Notes: a model not told the origin generated them from the sequence alone. 63,785 nt of DNA, filler included, from Dicyema japonicum (GCA_011109175.1; 10 parts of 10 records of this genome joined end to end with filler, not necessarily neighbours in it); one strand, 5' to 3'; counted from the first letter of the whole stretch, positions 36,423 through 50,395 are shown. Program-made: numbers and translations.

Positions 36423-36779
36423 ATGTTTTGGTGTAAAATGAACAACCGGGCTACAATTACACGTAAAATCCATCCACGGCCAAGAAACAGAAAGCCAGAA
36501 ATTCAGGACTCGCATAATCGGCGCGTGAATATTCCCAAAGAAAACAAAAATATATCGCCTAATAAATGTAAAGTAGACAAATATACTAAACGTGATGTAT
36601 TGGGAGAATTCAACGTACATCACGAATACATCGCTCGACGACCTGATGAACTCAATCTAATTGTGGGAGATTGTATTGTAATATATGAAGCATTCGATGA
36701 TGGATGGTGTTTGGGGTATTCTAAAAATACTAAATGCTATGGATTTCTGCCTGGAAATTTCATTAAACCAATTTTTTGA
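36423..36779 (+). CDS. Small SH3-domain protein
   Basis: VHHEYIARRPDELNLIVGD.IVIYEAFDDGWCLG...GFLPGNFI; start codon uncertain. Confidence 0.8.
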   Translation: MFWCKMNNRATITRKIHPRPRNRKPEIQDSHNRRVNIPKENKNISPNKCKVDKYTKRDVLGEFNVHHEYIARRPDELNLIVGDCIVIYEAFDDGWCLGYSKNTKCYGFLPGNFIKPIF

Positions 36780-37771
36780 GTTATTTGACTCATTTACATT
36801 ATTTTTTGTAATAATTAATTATCACCTTGTTTATTTAATTATCATTTTATAATCATTTCTAATAAAGTTGGAAACTACCGTGGTGGTGTTTTCTCTAAAC
36901 TTGTATCTTTTCCTCTTTATTAACAAAAATTAATATGATTAAAATGCCTTCTACCATAGTCCGCACATCAATTGAGTCTAAGTTAGTATCCAAGTTAAAA
37001 ACAAGCATGTGAATAATTGGGGTTTCGGTTATTCTGTACTTTCTACTATGATCCTTACTAGTTTCTTCCATCCTACTTTCTTCTTTGCTAGTTTCCGTAT
37101 TTAATCAAAGTAATCCGTCATATTTAATTGCCCTCAAATTCCAGCATAATCATGACCCATAAATAGAGCAAGTGGAATTCTAGACCATCCACGAATGCCC
37201 CCGCTAGCATCACATAATTTGGTGTCTAAATTTCGCACCCTAAAATTAGATTAATCATACTAAATTAATCACTTTCAAACTCTGGCTTGCTAACTTTCCT
37301 ATCGGTGCGAGTCTTCCTTGGGAACATTCGATCAGTTTCTTGACTCTTTTTTAATGAGGTACCCAGGGTTCACCACTTTCCTCGCTACTTTTTAACTTAT
37401 TCTTGGCTCACAATCTGATACCTAGTGGAGAAAAACTATCCTCTCTTGGCTTATGAAGACATCGTTTTAACATCACGGCATCAAGATGTCCAGACAACCA
37501 CGAAGAGAGTACAACATTGTCTGAACTGGTTGAACGAAAACCAGCTGATAATCAGCCATGATAAATCCGTTTCATCCTTATTCATATTGGACAAGAAAAT
37601 GTCAAACACGTCAATTGAAATTGAAACAGATGGAAAACACTGTCAATTAAGAAATGAATCCTGGGAGTGATCTATGATGCGCATATTCGTTTCTTGTGGC
37701 ATGTTGGAAATGTGTGTTACAAAATGTGAGAAAAAATCAACCTGAAAATCTTAACGGGCATATGGAAAACC

Positions 37772-39252
37772 GGTTCCCATTCAAAATGGACTCTCAAAAT
37801 GGCCTCCATTCAAAACGGCCTCCAATTAATTTTCTCTGGTTTTAGATAAGTTCATCAATAAACATCACGCAATATTTTAGCAAGGTCCTCGACATCTTTA
37901 GGTAAAAAAGTCATCTTTTTTAAATCTTATAAAGATTGATTTTAAAGGGTCCTATGAGTAAGTAGTACATTTTGCCAAGGTCCTCGACATCTTTAAGTGA
38001 AAAAGTCAACATTTTTAAATCTTATAAAAATTGATTTTAAGGGGTCCTATGGGTATGTGGAACATTTTATCAAGGTCCTCGACATTTTTAGGTAAAACAG
38101 TTATTTTTTAAAATATTTTTATTTAACTTTAAAATGAAGATTTATTTTCAAAAGGAAAAAAAGAAAAAAATTATAAATGTTAGTAGAATACATATTCTAC
38201 TAAATTGAATATATTTTCTATCGGATCCATTTTAAGTAATATTTGTTCCTGAACAAATCTCAATATATTCTCAGATAAAGCGATATATTTAGTTTTTCTA
38301 AGAATTTTTTCTCCATTTTGTAATCTTATGAATTTATCATTATGCCTTCTTCTTTTATCAATATCTTTACAAAATTTCTTGGAGTCTTGTTTAGTGTCAA
38401 ATGTACTTCTAAAAACGTAGTGCCAGCCTTCAAAGGAGTTATTTGTCCGTTGTAAGTCCTCATATAAAATTATTAGATTAATTGTAAATCTTGGATTTAA
38501 TTCATTTTCTTGATTTCCAATTTAATTGATCGAAAAATATTGATATAATGGATTTAGAATCGCAGGAAAATCTGATATCGACACTATCCAATCAAAAGTG
38601 TTCTTTACAGTATGTGTAGGAATAAGGGAGAGGCATTTCAACAGTTTTACAAATCTATCGTTAATTTTAAATCACATTTAACCGATTTATATCTTCATTA
38701 TTTATGTCGTTGAAAATTCCTAATTCCAATATTTTTTGTTAATATTTTGTCCTAGATGGAACATGCAGCAATTTATCCGTGGGTTTGGAAATGACTTTTA
38801 AAAGAGTTTATTGCTCCTATTTCAAAACCTTTGACAATAACTCTTGGTTCTAAATCCGGAGTGAGACGTTTAATTATTAGAAAAATTCTAATAAAAAAAT
38901 TATTAGAAGCATTTTGTCATATTTATTTTCAGTGTTTGATGTTAAAAGACAGAATATTATTGGAATTACATGGTGAGTAATTATTACCGATATTGTGAAT
39001 AACTGCTTCCAAAAAAGCTTTATGTTGGACCCGTTAAAATCAATTTTTACAAGATTTAAAAATAATGACTTTTTAACCTAAAGATGTCGAGGACCTTGGT
39101 AAAATCAATTTTTATAAGATTTAAAAAAGATGACTTTTTTTACCTAAAGATATCGTTTCGCTAAAATCTCGTGATGTTTATTAATGAACTTATCCAAAAC
39201 CTGAAAAAATTAATTAGAGGCCATTTTGAAAGAGGCCATTTTGAATGGACAT
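37772..39252 (-). mobile_element. Mutator-like (MULE) foldback element inserted in a decayed LINE RT
   Basis: TIRs ggttcccattcaaaatgg / ccattttgaatggaca; 9-bp TSD tggaaaacc/gggaaaacc; internal RTNNSFEGWH transposase motif. Confidence 0.8.
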
Positions 39253-39859
39253 GGGAAAACCATGAACAATCCCAGAGTAAAAACACTTTACTCACAATAC
39301 ATTGAGCCATTTATGTATGTGACTCATAAGGGCCTTCGATCTCTCGGACTAATGAGGGCCTGGATTAAATTTGTCCGAGTCACAGTCTGTTTTTTTGTTT
39401 AGGCGTAAAATGTTCACTTTAAACAAAAAATAAAATTTGTAGGCAATTTTTTGGTATGATAATAAATNCTGACGGAGAGGATGATTCGGAATATGGCACA
39501 AGGGAAACTTAACTAAGAATTTAAGGAAAATTAAATTCGACTGCGCATTAGTGATTTTGTTGATCCTAGAGTCGGTAGATGGAATGAGAAAATTAAATAT
39601 TTTTTTACAGTGGCACCCGTGGAACAGTAATAAAAATGGTTAACCTGTTAGTTTGAAATATTTCCTAAACAAAAAATTCAATAAAAAGCTGTTGTTGAAA
39701 AATTCGTGAATTGATATAAATTCGCAATAATATTTTCTAATATCAGTCTTAACCTTTTCAATGACCTTCCTGATTGAACCCGTCATTTATTTATTTAGCA
39801 CCCAAGTACCACGGTAAAACCAAACTAACTATCACGTGATCCCGATGCGTTCCACCAAA

Positions 39860-40370
39860 ATCCTCATCCTTTCCCGGTGCTCCTCCCTCGTGCCCACACA
39901 AGCTTGTACTGGGCAGCTGTATTTGCAAGGCCACCTTCCCGCATGCCGGAGTTTAGTTTTATGAAGGCCTCCAGAGTAGTCAGTCCGGTTCTGTGTCTCT
40001 TACAAGTCCACCGCTCCGTGACTCTGAAAGCCTTCTTTTGTACGTCCTCGATTTTCTTAGTATTCGTCCATGATAATGAAGGTCCCCAAGAAGCACACGC
40101 GTGCGAGAAGCATGGTTCAATATATTGTTTGTAGATATTCATCAAGACCGGGTGGGTACCGGTCTTGTCCGACATGTTTCCGACGCGGAGGCTTCTAGGA
40201 TTCGTCCTCAGCAAAACAACACGAAATTTCCGGTTTTAAGAGCAATAATGTCTTCCTCAACAGCTGATTGTCGAGAACAATGGGCTACCTCGGTTGTTGA
40301 AAGCACGCGCTCTAGACTCGGTCGTGTCCCCAAGGTGGGCTATTCTTTTGGAAGGGTTCAAGTCTAAGTT
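39860..40370 (-). pseudogene. LINE RT 3' fragment
   Basis: IYKQYIEPCFSHACASW...IEDVQKKAFR. Confidence 0.65.
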
Positions 40371-40399
40371 TGCAGAGGAAATAATACCTGAGTTCAGAA

Positions 40400-43300
40400 A
40401 ACTGATGTACGTCTAAAAACGCCAACAATTACCAATCAATGAACATGATTCGAAAAGGACCTCAGATTCTAAGCCTGATATGTCTTCACTGTCCCTGGAC
40501 CCTAAATTATACGATCACTCCCGACGCACATTTATGGAATAATTGATTATTGCCGAGAAAATTGAACAAAGCTCGAGACCCGAACCAAAAAGATTCCTTA
40601 TGTCAAGATTGACAATAACTTACTGGAGTGTTTGAACTGTGTCATTAGCCAATGGGTTAAAAAGAACTCTATAACTTCTATGGATCAAATTTCTACTCTT
40701 ATTTATGCTGGTCAGGTTACAAATCAGATTATTTCAGTGAAAAAAATGAGCCATCAAAATGGAAAGAGAATATAAATAGAAAAATTGAAAAATGGAAATC
40801 TTTTGCTAACTAAAAAGTTTTTTATGAAGACTTTGTCAACCGAGGAAAACCTATGGCTTGTCACGCATTATCGTTAGTGGGATATAAAAAGAGGATTACT
40901 TCGTACATTGAAGATAAAAATAAAATTCTCGAAAAGAAATTGTGTGTATCTGAGTCCCGCAAGAAATTTCGCCTTGATAATCTAAACTTCGAATTAAATC
41001 GAAGATCATTCTACAGAAACCTAACCCCTACGGCAAATAATGTTACTACGTCTAATGATAATGAAAAATGTGCAGACTTTTGGGAAAAATTATGGAAAAG
41101 AGGAGTCTAAATTCGGAAAGTTTTAATATTGGACAAAAGAATGACTGGTGTTATGTCTGTTGAATTCTCGAAAAATGTGTTTGAACAAACGATTCAATAT
41201 TTCCGAATTGGAAGGCCCCAGGTTGTGATGGGATCTACAATTTTTTCCTTAAGAAATTTACCTCCCTGCATGAATTTATCTATACCGAAATGCTTAGGGT
41301 TGTAAACGGAGAGTAGCGGACTTTCTAGACCTGGAAACTGGTTTTTACTGGAATTACGTTCTTGATCCCAAAATGCGAAGCGCCACAGTCGCCAAAGGAC
41401 TTACGCTCTATCACATGCATGTCGTCACTATATAAACTTATGACAAAGTGTATCAATCCAAGCTAGTGGATTATGTGGAAGAGTTTGGCCTTCTTTCTGA
41501 AAACCAGATGGGAACAAAGAAGAAATGTCAGGGTGCTAAAGAACAGGCACTAGTCAATAAATCACTTAATAAAGTAAATGGAGGTGGATTATATGCTGCA
41601 TGGATGTCAAAAAAGCATTTGACTCGGTTGACCACAACTTTTTGATGGAAGTCCTTGAAAAATCCGGAATCCCAGAATGGATGATTAAAGTTGTGAGATT
41701 ACTGATTATGCACTGGAGAGTGAAACTAATGTTGAATAATGAAAATATTCGTGATATTCAGATTGAAAGGGGAATTTTGCAGGAGGATAGTCTATCCCAC
41801 ATGTTATTTGTCTTAGTGCTTGACCCACTTAGCCTTTTTATTGACATATAAGTACAAAAGTCTCCGTTTTACATGATGATCAGTCTGTCTCGTCATTCTC
41901 AACTAATCATCTTTTATTTATTGACGATTTGAAACTTATTTCGACTAGCTATTGTCAAGATGAATGGAAGATGTTAATTTTGTACTTTAGTGCTGTGGGC
42001 TGGAAAGGAATCTAGAAAAGTCCGCTACAAATGTCTTGTTGTTATCAGATGAAGCCAAGTTGCTAGAGGGAATGGATGGATATAAATACCTCGGTGTATT
42101 GGTAGGACCTTCCGGACAAATTCAAAAGTCAGAAATGTTAAAAATAATTTCTTCGCAAGTAAACCAGAGAATGAGAAACTGGTGAATACAAACTAAACGC
42201 AGTGAATTTGTTTAAGGCTATTAACGACCATGCTCTGTCTTTATATAACTATTAAATTGGACTCATTAATGTGGAACCCTGTGAATACGAATTGATTGAG
42301 TCAGCTATCCGCATCATATTGATTATACATCGAATCCATCTCAACCTACATGCAAGCAAAGGCTTTATTTAACGAGGAATTACCTTGGGAGAGGGCTACG
42401 ATCAATCTCTCTTTTAAGTGAGAAGACTGTTATATGGATTTTTTCAATGATTTGAAATTCAGAAATACTGTTTGCAGTACAAGTGCCGCAATTCTTAAGC
42501 CGAAATTACGGAAAAAACGGTTCCCATTCAAAATGGCCTCTTTCAAAATGGCCTCCAATAAAATTTTTCAGGTTTTGTATACGTTCATCAATAGACATCA
42601 CGAGATATTTTACCAAGGTCCTCGACATCTTTAGGTAAAAGAGTCATCTTTTTATATCTTATAAAAATTGATTTTTCCAAGGTCCTCGACATCTTTAGGT
42701 AAAAAAGTCATCTTTTTTAAATCTTATAAAAATTGATTTTAAGGGGTCCTATGGGTAAGTGGAACAATTTACCAAGGTCCTCGACATCTTTAGGTGAAAA
42801 AGTCATCTTTTTTAAATCTTATAAAAATTGATTTTAAGGGGTCCTATGGGTAAGTGGAACAATTTACCAAGGTCCTCGACATCTTTAGGTGAAAAAGTCA
42901 TCTTTTTTAAATCTTATAAAAATTGATTTTAACGGGTCCTATGGGTAAGTGGAACAATTTACCAAGGTCCTCGACATCTTTAGATAAAAAAGTCATCTTT
43001 TTGAAATCTTATAAAAATTGATTTTAAGGGTCCTATGGGTAAGTGAAACATTTTGCCAAGTCCTCGACATCTTTAGGTAAACATTTATTTTTTTAAATAT
43101 TTTTATTTAAATTTAAAATGAAAGATTTATTTTCAAAAGGAAAAATAGAAAATAATTATAAATGTAATAGAATATATATTCAACTAAATTGAATATATAT
43201 TCTATCGGATCCAAGTTAAGTAACATTTGTTCTTAAACAAATCTCAATGTATTCTCAGATAAAGCGATATATTTAGTTTTTCTTGAATTTTTCTCCATTT

Positions 43301-44790
43301 CGTAATCTTAAGAATTTTATCATTATGCTTTCTTCTTTTATCAATTTCTCAACAAAATTTCTTGGAATCTTGTTTAGTGTCCAAATGTACTTCTAAAAAC
43401 GTTGTGCCAGCCTCCAATTGAGATATGGACCTTTTTTTTACCTAAAGATGTCGAGGACCTTGGTAAAATCAATTTTTATAAGATTTAAAAAAGATGACTT
43501 TTTTACCTAAAGATGTCGAGGACCTTGGTAAAATCAATTTTTATAAGATTTAAAAAAGATGACTTTTTTACCTAAAGATGTCGAGGACCTTGGTAAAATC
43601 AATTTTTATAAGATTTAAAAAAGATGACTTTTTTACCTAAAGATGTCGTTTAGCTAAAATCTCGTGATGTTTATTGATGAACTTATCCAAAACCTGAAAA
43701 AATTAATTGGAGGCCATTTTGAATGGAGGCCATTTTGAAAGAGGCCATTTTGAATGGACACGGAAAAAACACATTTGACATTGATTGAAGAATTTCTAAG
43801 GCACAAGTATTCTGTTTACGACACTTCTGAGTTGGGCATAAAATTGACATCGAACATGCAAAAAAGGTTTAATGGATCAAATAAGATTGAAGAGTCTTCA
43901 TTCCATTATTTATAAGAATTTGTTGGAGGAGTATGTGAATACAGAGCATTCCTCTCATTGGCTTCTAAAAGGTAATGACTCCCCAAGGTCGGAAACCTTA
44001 TTCTGCCTTATTCAAGATATGAATCTGTTCTTTGGAGATAAAATGCAATGTGCACCCATTGTAAAAAATGGAAGAAGACCGTGGATCATTGTGCCACAAG
44101 GTGTGAAAAGATGTTGCGTTGGGATTATGTAAAAAAACATAGCGAAGTCGTGAGGTGTCTACATTTCCACTTTTGCAGAGAGTTTGGTCTCAAAAACGAT
44201 AAAAAACTGAAGACTCATTCAGTGCAATCCATTGTAATGAATGACTCAGTTGAAATCAGAGTTGACACTTTTATCAAAATGGACATAATTATTGAGCATA
44301 ACAAGCCAGACCTGTTCGTTTTTGATAGTAGGAGAAACAAAATTACCTTGGTCGAAGTGAGAGTAACATCTCAAAATCTACAGCAGGTGGAATGCGAAAA
44401 GCTGAGGAGGTATGACCTTTTTTCCAAAGAACTGGAGTTGATACACCACTCAGAAGTCAAGATTGTCCCGATTGTACTCACTTGGGATGGCCTAGTGACT
44501 ACACATTCGTGGAAGTATGCCAGATCTTTGAATATAAGTGAAAGAACGTATGCGTATGTTCAATCGCTGGTAATTAAGAAGACTTTGGAGAGCATGATAG
44601 TGTCATATAGGAACAAAGTCGACGTTTCGCGGCGTTATGATAAGCTTAATGAAGGGATAAAGGATATTTATTTTCGGTCTGATTATGAAGAAATTCAAGA
44701 GAAGAGTGTGAGCGAAGAAAAGGACTGTGACAATTGGGTTTACCCCATAGTTGCTCGATGAGGAAACGAATTGGATAGAGAACATTTTAA
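40400..44790 (+). mobile_element. R4/Dong-like RLE non-LTR retrotransposon, decayed and interrupted by a MULE
   Basis: NWKAPGCDGI, ENQMG, DVKKAFDSV, GILQEDSLS and HLLFIDDLKL (RT); C..C....TVDH....C, H..V and NKPD...E (RLE). Confidence 0.85.
42519..43761. mobile_element. MULE foldback derivative with 95-bp and 65-bp subterminal tandem arrays
   Basis: Perfect 9-bp TSD GGAAAAAAC at 42510-42518 and 43762-43770; same TIRs as 37772-39252. Confidence 0.88.
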
Positions 44791-46022
44791 TTAGAATTAA
44801 CTTTTTAAGATAAAATAAAACTTATAGATTTAAAAAAATCACATTTTGATATGTTAAACAATTTTAAAGAACGTATGAATTTTTGACTTCATTGACAAAA
44901 AGTTATAATTTAATGACCTTTGAAGAATTTTGAAATTTGGCTATTTTTAATTAATTTGATAATTTTTAAGACAAAAACTAACAGTTAGTAATCACTTGCT
45001 TGATAATTGATTTTTGAACTAAAGTTTCCCCAGTTAATAATTTTTAGAAATAAAAGCATCTTTCTTGAAATAGACAACAAATGACTAGGATTTCAGACGT
45101 CGAGAAATAGCCTTCCGCAGTCTTGAGTGAAGTGAACTGGAGCGAAGTGAACTTAGTAAGTTATAATTATATACGTACCGCACTTGGATGACTTCCAGTT
45201 TATTAATCACTTTCATCTCGCTCTATGTGTGCCAATCGCCACTTCTCAGACCGAAGAGGTCTTAGTCATTTTTCATTGCTCTCTTTACGACATCAGATTA
45301 CCATTAAAAACTTCAGGAACCGTTGTACATGAATCTCCATTGAATCTTTTCTCTGATGTCAAAAAGTAGTCCTCATGATGAAATTCTTGGCATGCTTGGT
45401 TCTAATCTTATAATGTGAATCTGCTAAAGTCTGTGATCACAGTTTGATCGCTTCAACCTCAAGCAGTTGTCGAAGCGCTTTCTTGTCGCTTGAGGCAAAG
45501 TTCACGTCTTCAATGTATTTAATCACTGTAAGACTTTCTTAAATTATTCAAAGTCTATTTCAAATATACGATGAGTCATAATTGAGATAAAAAATCTTTT
45601 CGAGCTGTTTTCTCGCTTTCCGAGACAACGATTCATGTACCTTTGACTCGTTTTGGATAAAATGACCAAATCTCGGTCCAGAAAACTTTAATCAGTTCTT
45701 CACGACGTATATTGTCTAAGGAGATATCGTATATTATCTGAAGTTCCTAAGAAACAGTTGAAGCACTTCTAAATCTTTGGTGAGTAGCTCATCTATGGAA
45801 CCATCTATATTAGCCGTAAATCTCTAGAAGTCACTTTGATTTTGATCCAGATATTGGATCTGATTGAGAACGATTAGGACAACGATTTTTCATATCAAAT
45901 TAGTGCATTAAACTACTTTTTCATTACCTATCAAGTTTAGAAGACAATCGTCTGGATAGAGGTGATTTTTGCACAATTAACCGGACTATCACATGAATAG
46001 TGTCAAAGTTGTTTTCCAAAAA

Positions 46023-46168
46023 TGCAACGGTAACGTAGCGTCATAAGTACCAGTCACAGGCCTGATGGCACCTGGTTCAAATCTTGCTGTTGTACATTCC
46101 GGCTGAAGGTTCCGCGCATCTACGATGTTTTGGATTTACGAGTGACGTCGTTAACAGTGAATATTCAT
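46023..46168 (+). mobile_element. SINE with a different tRNA-like head and the same core
   Basis: Acceptor-like stem tgcaacg/tgttgta, B-box ggttcaaat, core gaaggttccgcgcatctacgatg...acgagtgacg. Confidence 0.65.
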
Positions 46169-47202
46169 ATAACAAAAAATAGAAGTAAAGAGCATTCCTT
46201 GGTTTTCCCTTTTTTAAAGATTAGCCGAGCGTTTCACAACTTGGTGGATTCAAAAAACAAATTGATTTCTAATCCTCGGCATGCAGTGTGTCTACCGCGC
46301 TCCTGACAATGTTGGATGGGCAAAGGGGGTCGACACAAGTAGCATGTTTTAATAAAAATGATGATTTTTAGAAAAAAGCCTTGTGCCATGTGATCTCTGA
46401 ATAAAGAAATTTTCGTATGCATGTAGGATCCAGATCCAATCAGGGCTTAAATTGAGAGAATTTGGAGGATAATTTGTCGGAAGCTGTACGAAATTAAGCG
46501 AATACTAAAGCACGACGAGGATATGAATGACGATCGATTTAAAAAACGAAGGATTGTCATTTAATCAGGTTGAAAGATGACGTCGGACGGCATCACGAAA
46601 AAGCGGATATTTCGCCATAAAGTATTTCCTTGTTACCAAAACAAACTGAAGAGACAGCTTACTCACGCTTCTATGTCATGAAGTGTGACATGCTCAAAAC
46701 TGCGATATCTCTCGGTTTATAGTTTTTCCAAAAAATCTGAGTCCGAATATCACAATTTTCGCTGAGAAACCAAACGAATGGCTTAAAATTGTTAGACCGA
46801 TTTAAAGACGTACTAGCATTTATTTTTCAAACAGCCCTTTCGTCAAAGAATAAACAATGTTTCTATCACTTAAACCTCACCCTAGACAGAACTTGCATTT
46901 TAAGAAGAACAACGATGCTAATTAATCCAAGGGATCCAAGACATTGAAAATTTTCTTGACTTCTTGATCTTTTCTTTTTTGCCTGTGTGAGTCCCAGAAA
47001 ACAATCTAGTTCCGAGGTGAGCNNNNNNNNNNNNNNNNNNNNNNNNNNNNNNNNNNNNNNNNNNNNTTAATTAATTAANNNNNNNNNNNNNNNNNNNNNN
47101 NNNNNNNNNNNNNNNNNNNNNNCGTTCTCTCTTTCTCTCTGGAACCTAACTGCATTGTATTAAAAAGATAGCGGAATGCGACCAATCTCTGTTAGTAATG
47201 AA

Positions 47203-48640
47203 CAGTGCCTGTCATAAAAACTTGGATTTATTTATTTATTATTTATTGTTACCCCAGGATCACCGGGTTATAAGGAAAGAGAGAAAAGTCCTAGCTAATT
47301 AAGTGATCCCAGACCATGACAAAGAAGGTTTTGTCCGACGTGGACGAGAGTCCTGGATGGCTCTCCAGAAAGGGCATGTCGATAGCTCGAAGCGGGGACG
47401 ATTTTTGAGGTAGTTAGACAAGGATTCATATAGGGGACTCGCAGGGGTAGAGGCTGTCCTCACCATTTTTGTTGCCTTTTGATGAGGACCTCTTCCAGGG
47501 TGTTGGATAGTAGGTTTCGGCCAATTAGTCTTTTCGTGGCTTCATGAATTGTGGATAATTTTATTAGGGAGGAGCGGGAAATGGCCATCGACCACGATTC
47601 GCTTGCGTAGGTTAAGGTCGGTTGTATGAATTGATGATATACCGTAGATAGGGTCTTAGCGTTCCTACCGAGGGGTTTTGAAATCAACTTCAGGATCCTC
47701 ATTTTCATGAGTGCTGCAGTGACCCTGTTTTCGACATGTTTTGCAAATTTGAGTCCTTGATCGAAGGTCACTCCAAGGATCGTAGGCGTGGCCGTAAAAG
47801 GTATTGTCTCGTTGTTAATTATGATGTGAGGTCTTCTCGAATAATGATGTTTGCAAGTGGTGAATAAGGTTACAAAAGACTTCGTGGGCGATACTTCCAG
47901 TCGTAGTTGTTTAAGCCAAGCAGTTAGTGAATTAAGTGTTTCTTGTACCGTTTGGTTGCGTTTTCATAAAAACTTGGATTTAAAAAAAATTGGGTTTTTA
48001 CTCGAAAAATAATCTTTTAATTAATTTACACGATCATTAGTGTATTTACTAACAATATATTAAATGAATTTAAATTTATATTGTTCATAATTTTATTTTA
48101 ACGCAGAATTTTATAATTGACCTGACATAAAAATATAGACAACCACCGCATAGCCGAGGCACGTAAGTGTTTAAACTGCGCACGTGCGAACCACACAGTT
48201 TTTTCAAGACAAGAGAACAATTTAATTATGCTAATTAAGCCGAATGAGAAGTAGGAATAGGGCTGATTGGTTGAAGAACCCGTTGTTCCTCTATGGTCCT
48301 GGGTTCGATTCCCAGAGGCTGCCTGTGAAGCTCCGATCGGGCTTGACGAGTGACGCCGTCATGGACATCTCATCACATACGGACTCCGCATGGATAGGAT
48401 CTCCGGATGGGATGTTGAGCTTTTTACTCTGCGACAGCCACATTCCAATAAAAAAGATTGGCCTTTATTCTTCTGGGAAAATAATAAATGAGATTTCAAT
48501 ACTATTGAATATTCCGAGATCAACTGTTTACGGATCTATCAAAAGGAAAATTGGGTCAGGACGTCCACCTATCTTGACAAACGACCAATCCAATGAGTTA
48601 TGTGTGATATCGAGGAATGCACCGTCTATGTCTGCTGTAC
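47203..48640 (+). mobile_element. Tc1 element (same family as 23800-24917) disrupted by LINE and SINE insertions
   Basis: TIR cagtgcctgtcata; 47990-48130 and 48455-48635 match the reverse complement of the 24.3-24.9 kb element. Confidence 0.7.
47231..47963 (-). mobile_element. 5'-truncated LINE with (TAAA)n tail and 19-bp TSD, inserted in a Tc1 TIR
   Basis: TSD tcataaaaacttggattta at 47212-47230 and 47964-47982; ILGVTFD...IQPTLTYASESW. Confidence 0.85.
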
Positions 48641-48654
48641 AGCAAAAAGAAAGG

Positions 48655-49650
48655 GAGTCTCCCTGAGGGGTGCCCACTGTCGTCTAAAAATTTCTGGATG
48701 ACGTGCTCCCAATTCGTACCATCAGTTCCGTGTTCGACAATAGAACTTCTATCATCCTGACACAGTCCCCGTCGAGGAATCCCCGCAGAACACCAATAAG
48801 TCTTCCTCGGCAAATTGTGTCGAAAGCTCTCGACATGTCGATCCCCAAAATTGTGGTCGCACTCGGCGAATAAGTAGCACAACGCCACCTATGTCCCCAG
48901 ACCACATCAGCGGTAGATCTGCCCGCCCTGAACCCACTGTGGCTCGAAGACAGGAATTCATTCGCAGGCTCTTGTAAACGGTCCAGCACCACCAGAGCAA
49001 GGACCTTTCTCAGCGTATTGAGTAGGATGACTGGGTCGCAGGTTATCCACAGGGCCCGCCTTCCTATTCGGTTTTTGAATCGGCACCAGAATTCCTTTGC
49101 CCAAAGGAAGAAGGTTGTTAGTTGCAAACATTTTGTTTAATACTTTGGCCACGATTACCATCAGTGTTTTCGGACCGTATTTCAGCGCTTATACCGTCCG
49201 GTCCTGGAGTACGATTGCTCTTCAGTCTCTCCGTTGCTTTCATAACCTCTTCCACCGTGTTTTCTGATCGTAGACCCATGTCCTCGACGTACTCCCGCTT
49301 TAGCGTTCCAGTTTCCTGCAATAAAGACTAGAAAGGACGATTCCAGTTTGGCAAATGTTCCCAAAGCTGCATGTAGAAAGCGTAAAGTTCATCCGAATCT
49401 TTGGCGACCGTCCACTATGGGGTGCATATACGTTTATTATGGAAATGAGGGCCCTCGACGTACGTTTGACACCGACCCGTATTTGAAGGATGCTGATTCT
49501 ATCAGAAACACTCCAGCACCGATATATCCCGCGTGGGTAGTCCCCGTGTAGCTCATCCATTCCCTTTTGTATTTTGGTCTCTTGTAGGCATCCGACGGTT
49601 GTACCGTATCTTTCCAGATCCGAACATAACAGGTTTTTTTTCCACTCCTT
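48655..49650 (-). mobile_element. RTE-like LINE (APE plus RT remnants)
   Basis: GCLQETK, INVYAPH, AGNWNAK, TPGPDGISAE, DMSRAFDTI and GTPQGDS motifs. Confidence 0.8.
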
Positions 49651-49749
49651 GCTGATCCGTCTTACATTGAAAGATGTATCTCCTCTAAGCTTTTCAAGTG
49701 CGTTTCAGACATAGTGAAAAAGTGGCACGTCACCACCTCAACCAAAATT

Positions 49750-50395
49750 ATACTAAAAAATACTTTTTTGGACGACCATTCTTTGAGGATTGGAATGGGG
49801 ACCAAGACTAGGACTAGAAGTTTGCCAGGAGCACCGATGCCGTTGCGGAAAAACTGTCGATGCGAAGGGATTGTACCCGCTATCCTGCAGAAGAAGCGCC
49901 GGAAGAGGACCACGTCACGCTGCTCTGAACGACGTGATCGTCAGAGCTCTGAAGGCTGCAGGCTTCCCAGCACAGCTCGAACCAGTGGGTCTCGATCGAG
50001 GAGATGGAAAAAAAACCAGACGGGATGACCCTTTTCCCTTTCACATCCGGAAGATCTTTGGTCTGGGGACGCAAATTGTGTTGATACTTATTCAAGCACG
50101 AATTTCCTTAAATCGGTTCAGACACCTGGAGCAGCTGCTTCAATCGCGGAAAACCTAAAAACCAAAAAATATTTCTTCCTTGGGGACCGCTACCGATTTA
50201 CCCTTGTTGCGGCCGAGTCATCGGGAGCCGCGAGTCCAATGACTGCTGAGTTCTTGCGCGAACTCGGAGGAATGCTTTCCACAAAGAAAAAGGGATCAAC
50301 GGAAAGGATTATGGCTAAGACAAAGGATTGGAATAGTCATACTCCGAGGCAACTCGTTTTCGATCAAGGCAGCAGGCTTCCTCAAATAAAAAATA
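49750..50395 (+). mobile_element. CRE-clade non-LTR 3' part (zinc finger plus RLE)
   Basis: [21 protein letters not shown]...[23 protein letters not shown] and ILRGN, then an A-rich tail. Confidence 0.8.

Noticed and set aside
42610-43650. Regularly spaced repeats resembling a CRISPR array
   Set aside because: No unique spacers and no cas genes; they are MULE subterminal tandem repeats.
45000-47020. Coding-like composition with no long ORF
   Set aside because: No motif could be recognised with confidence; probably decayed TE sequence.
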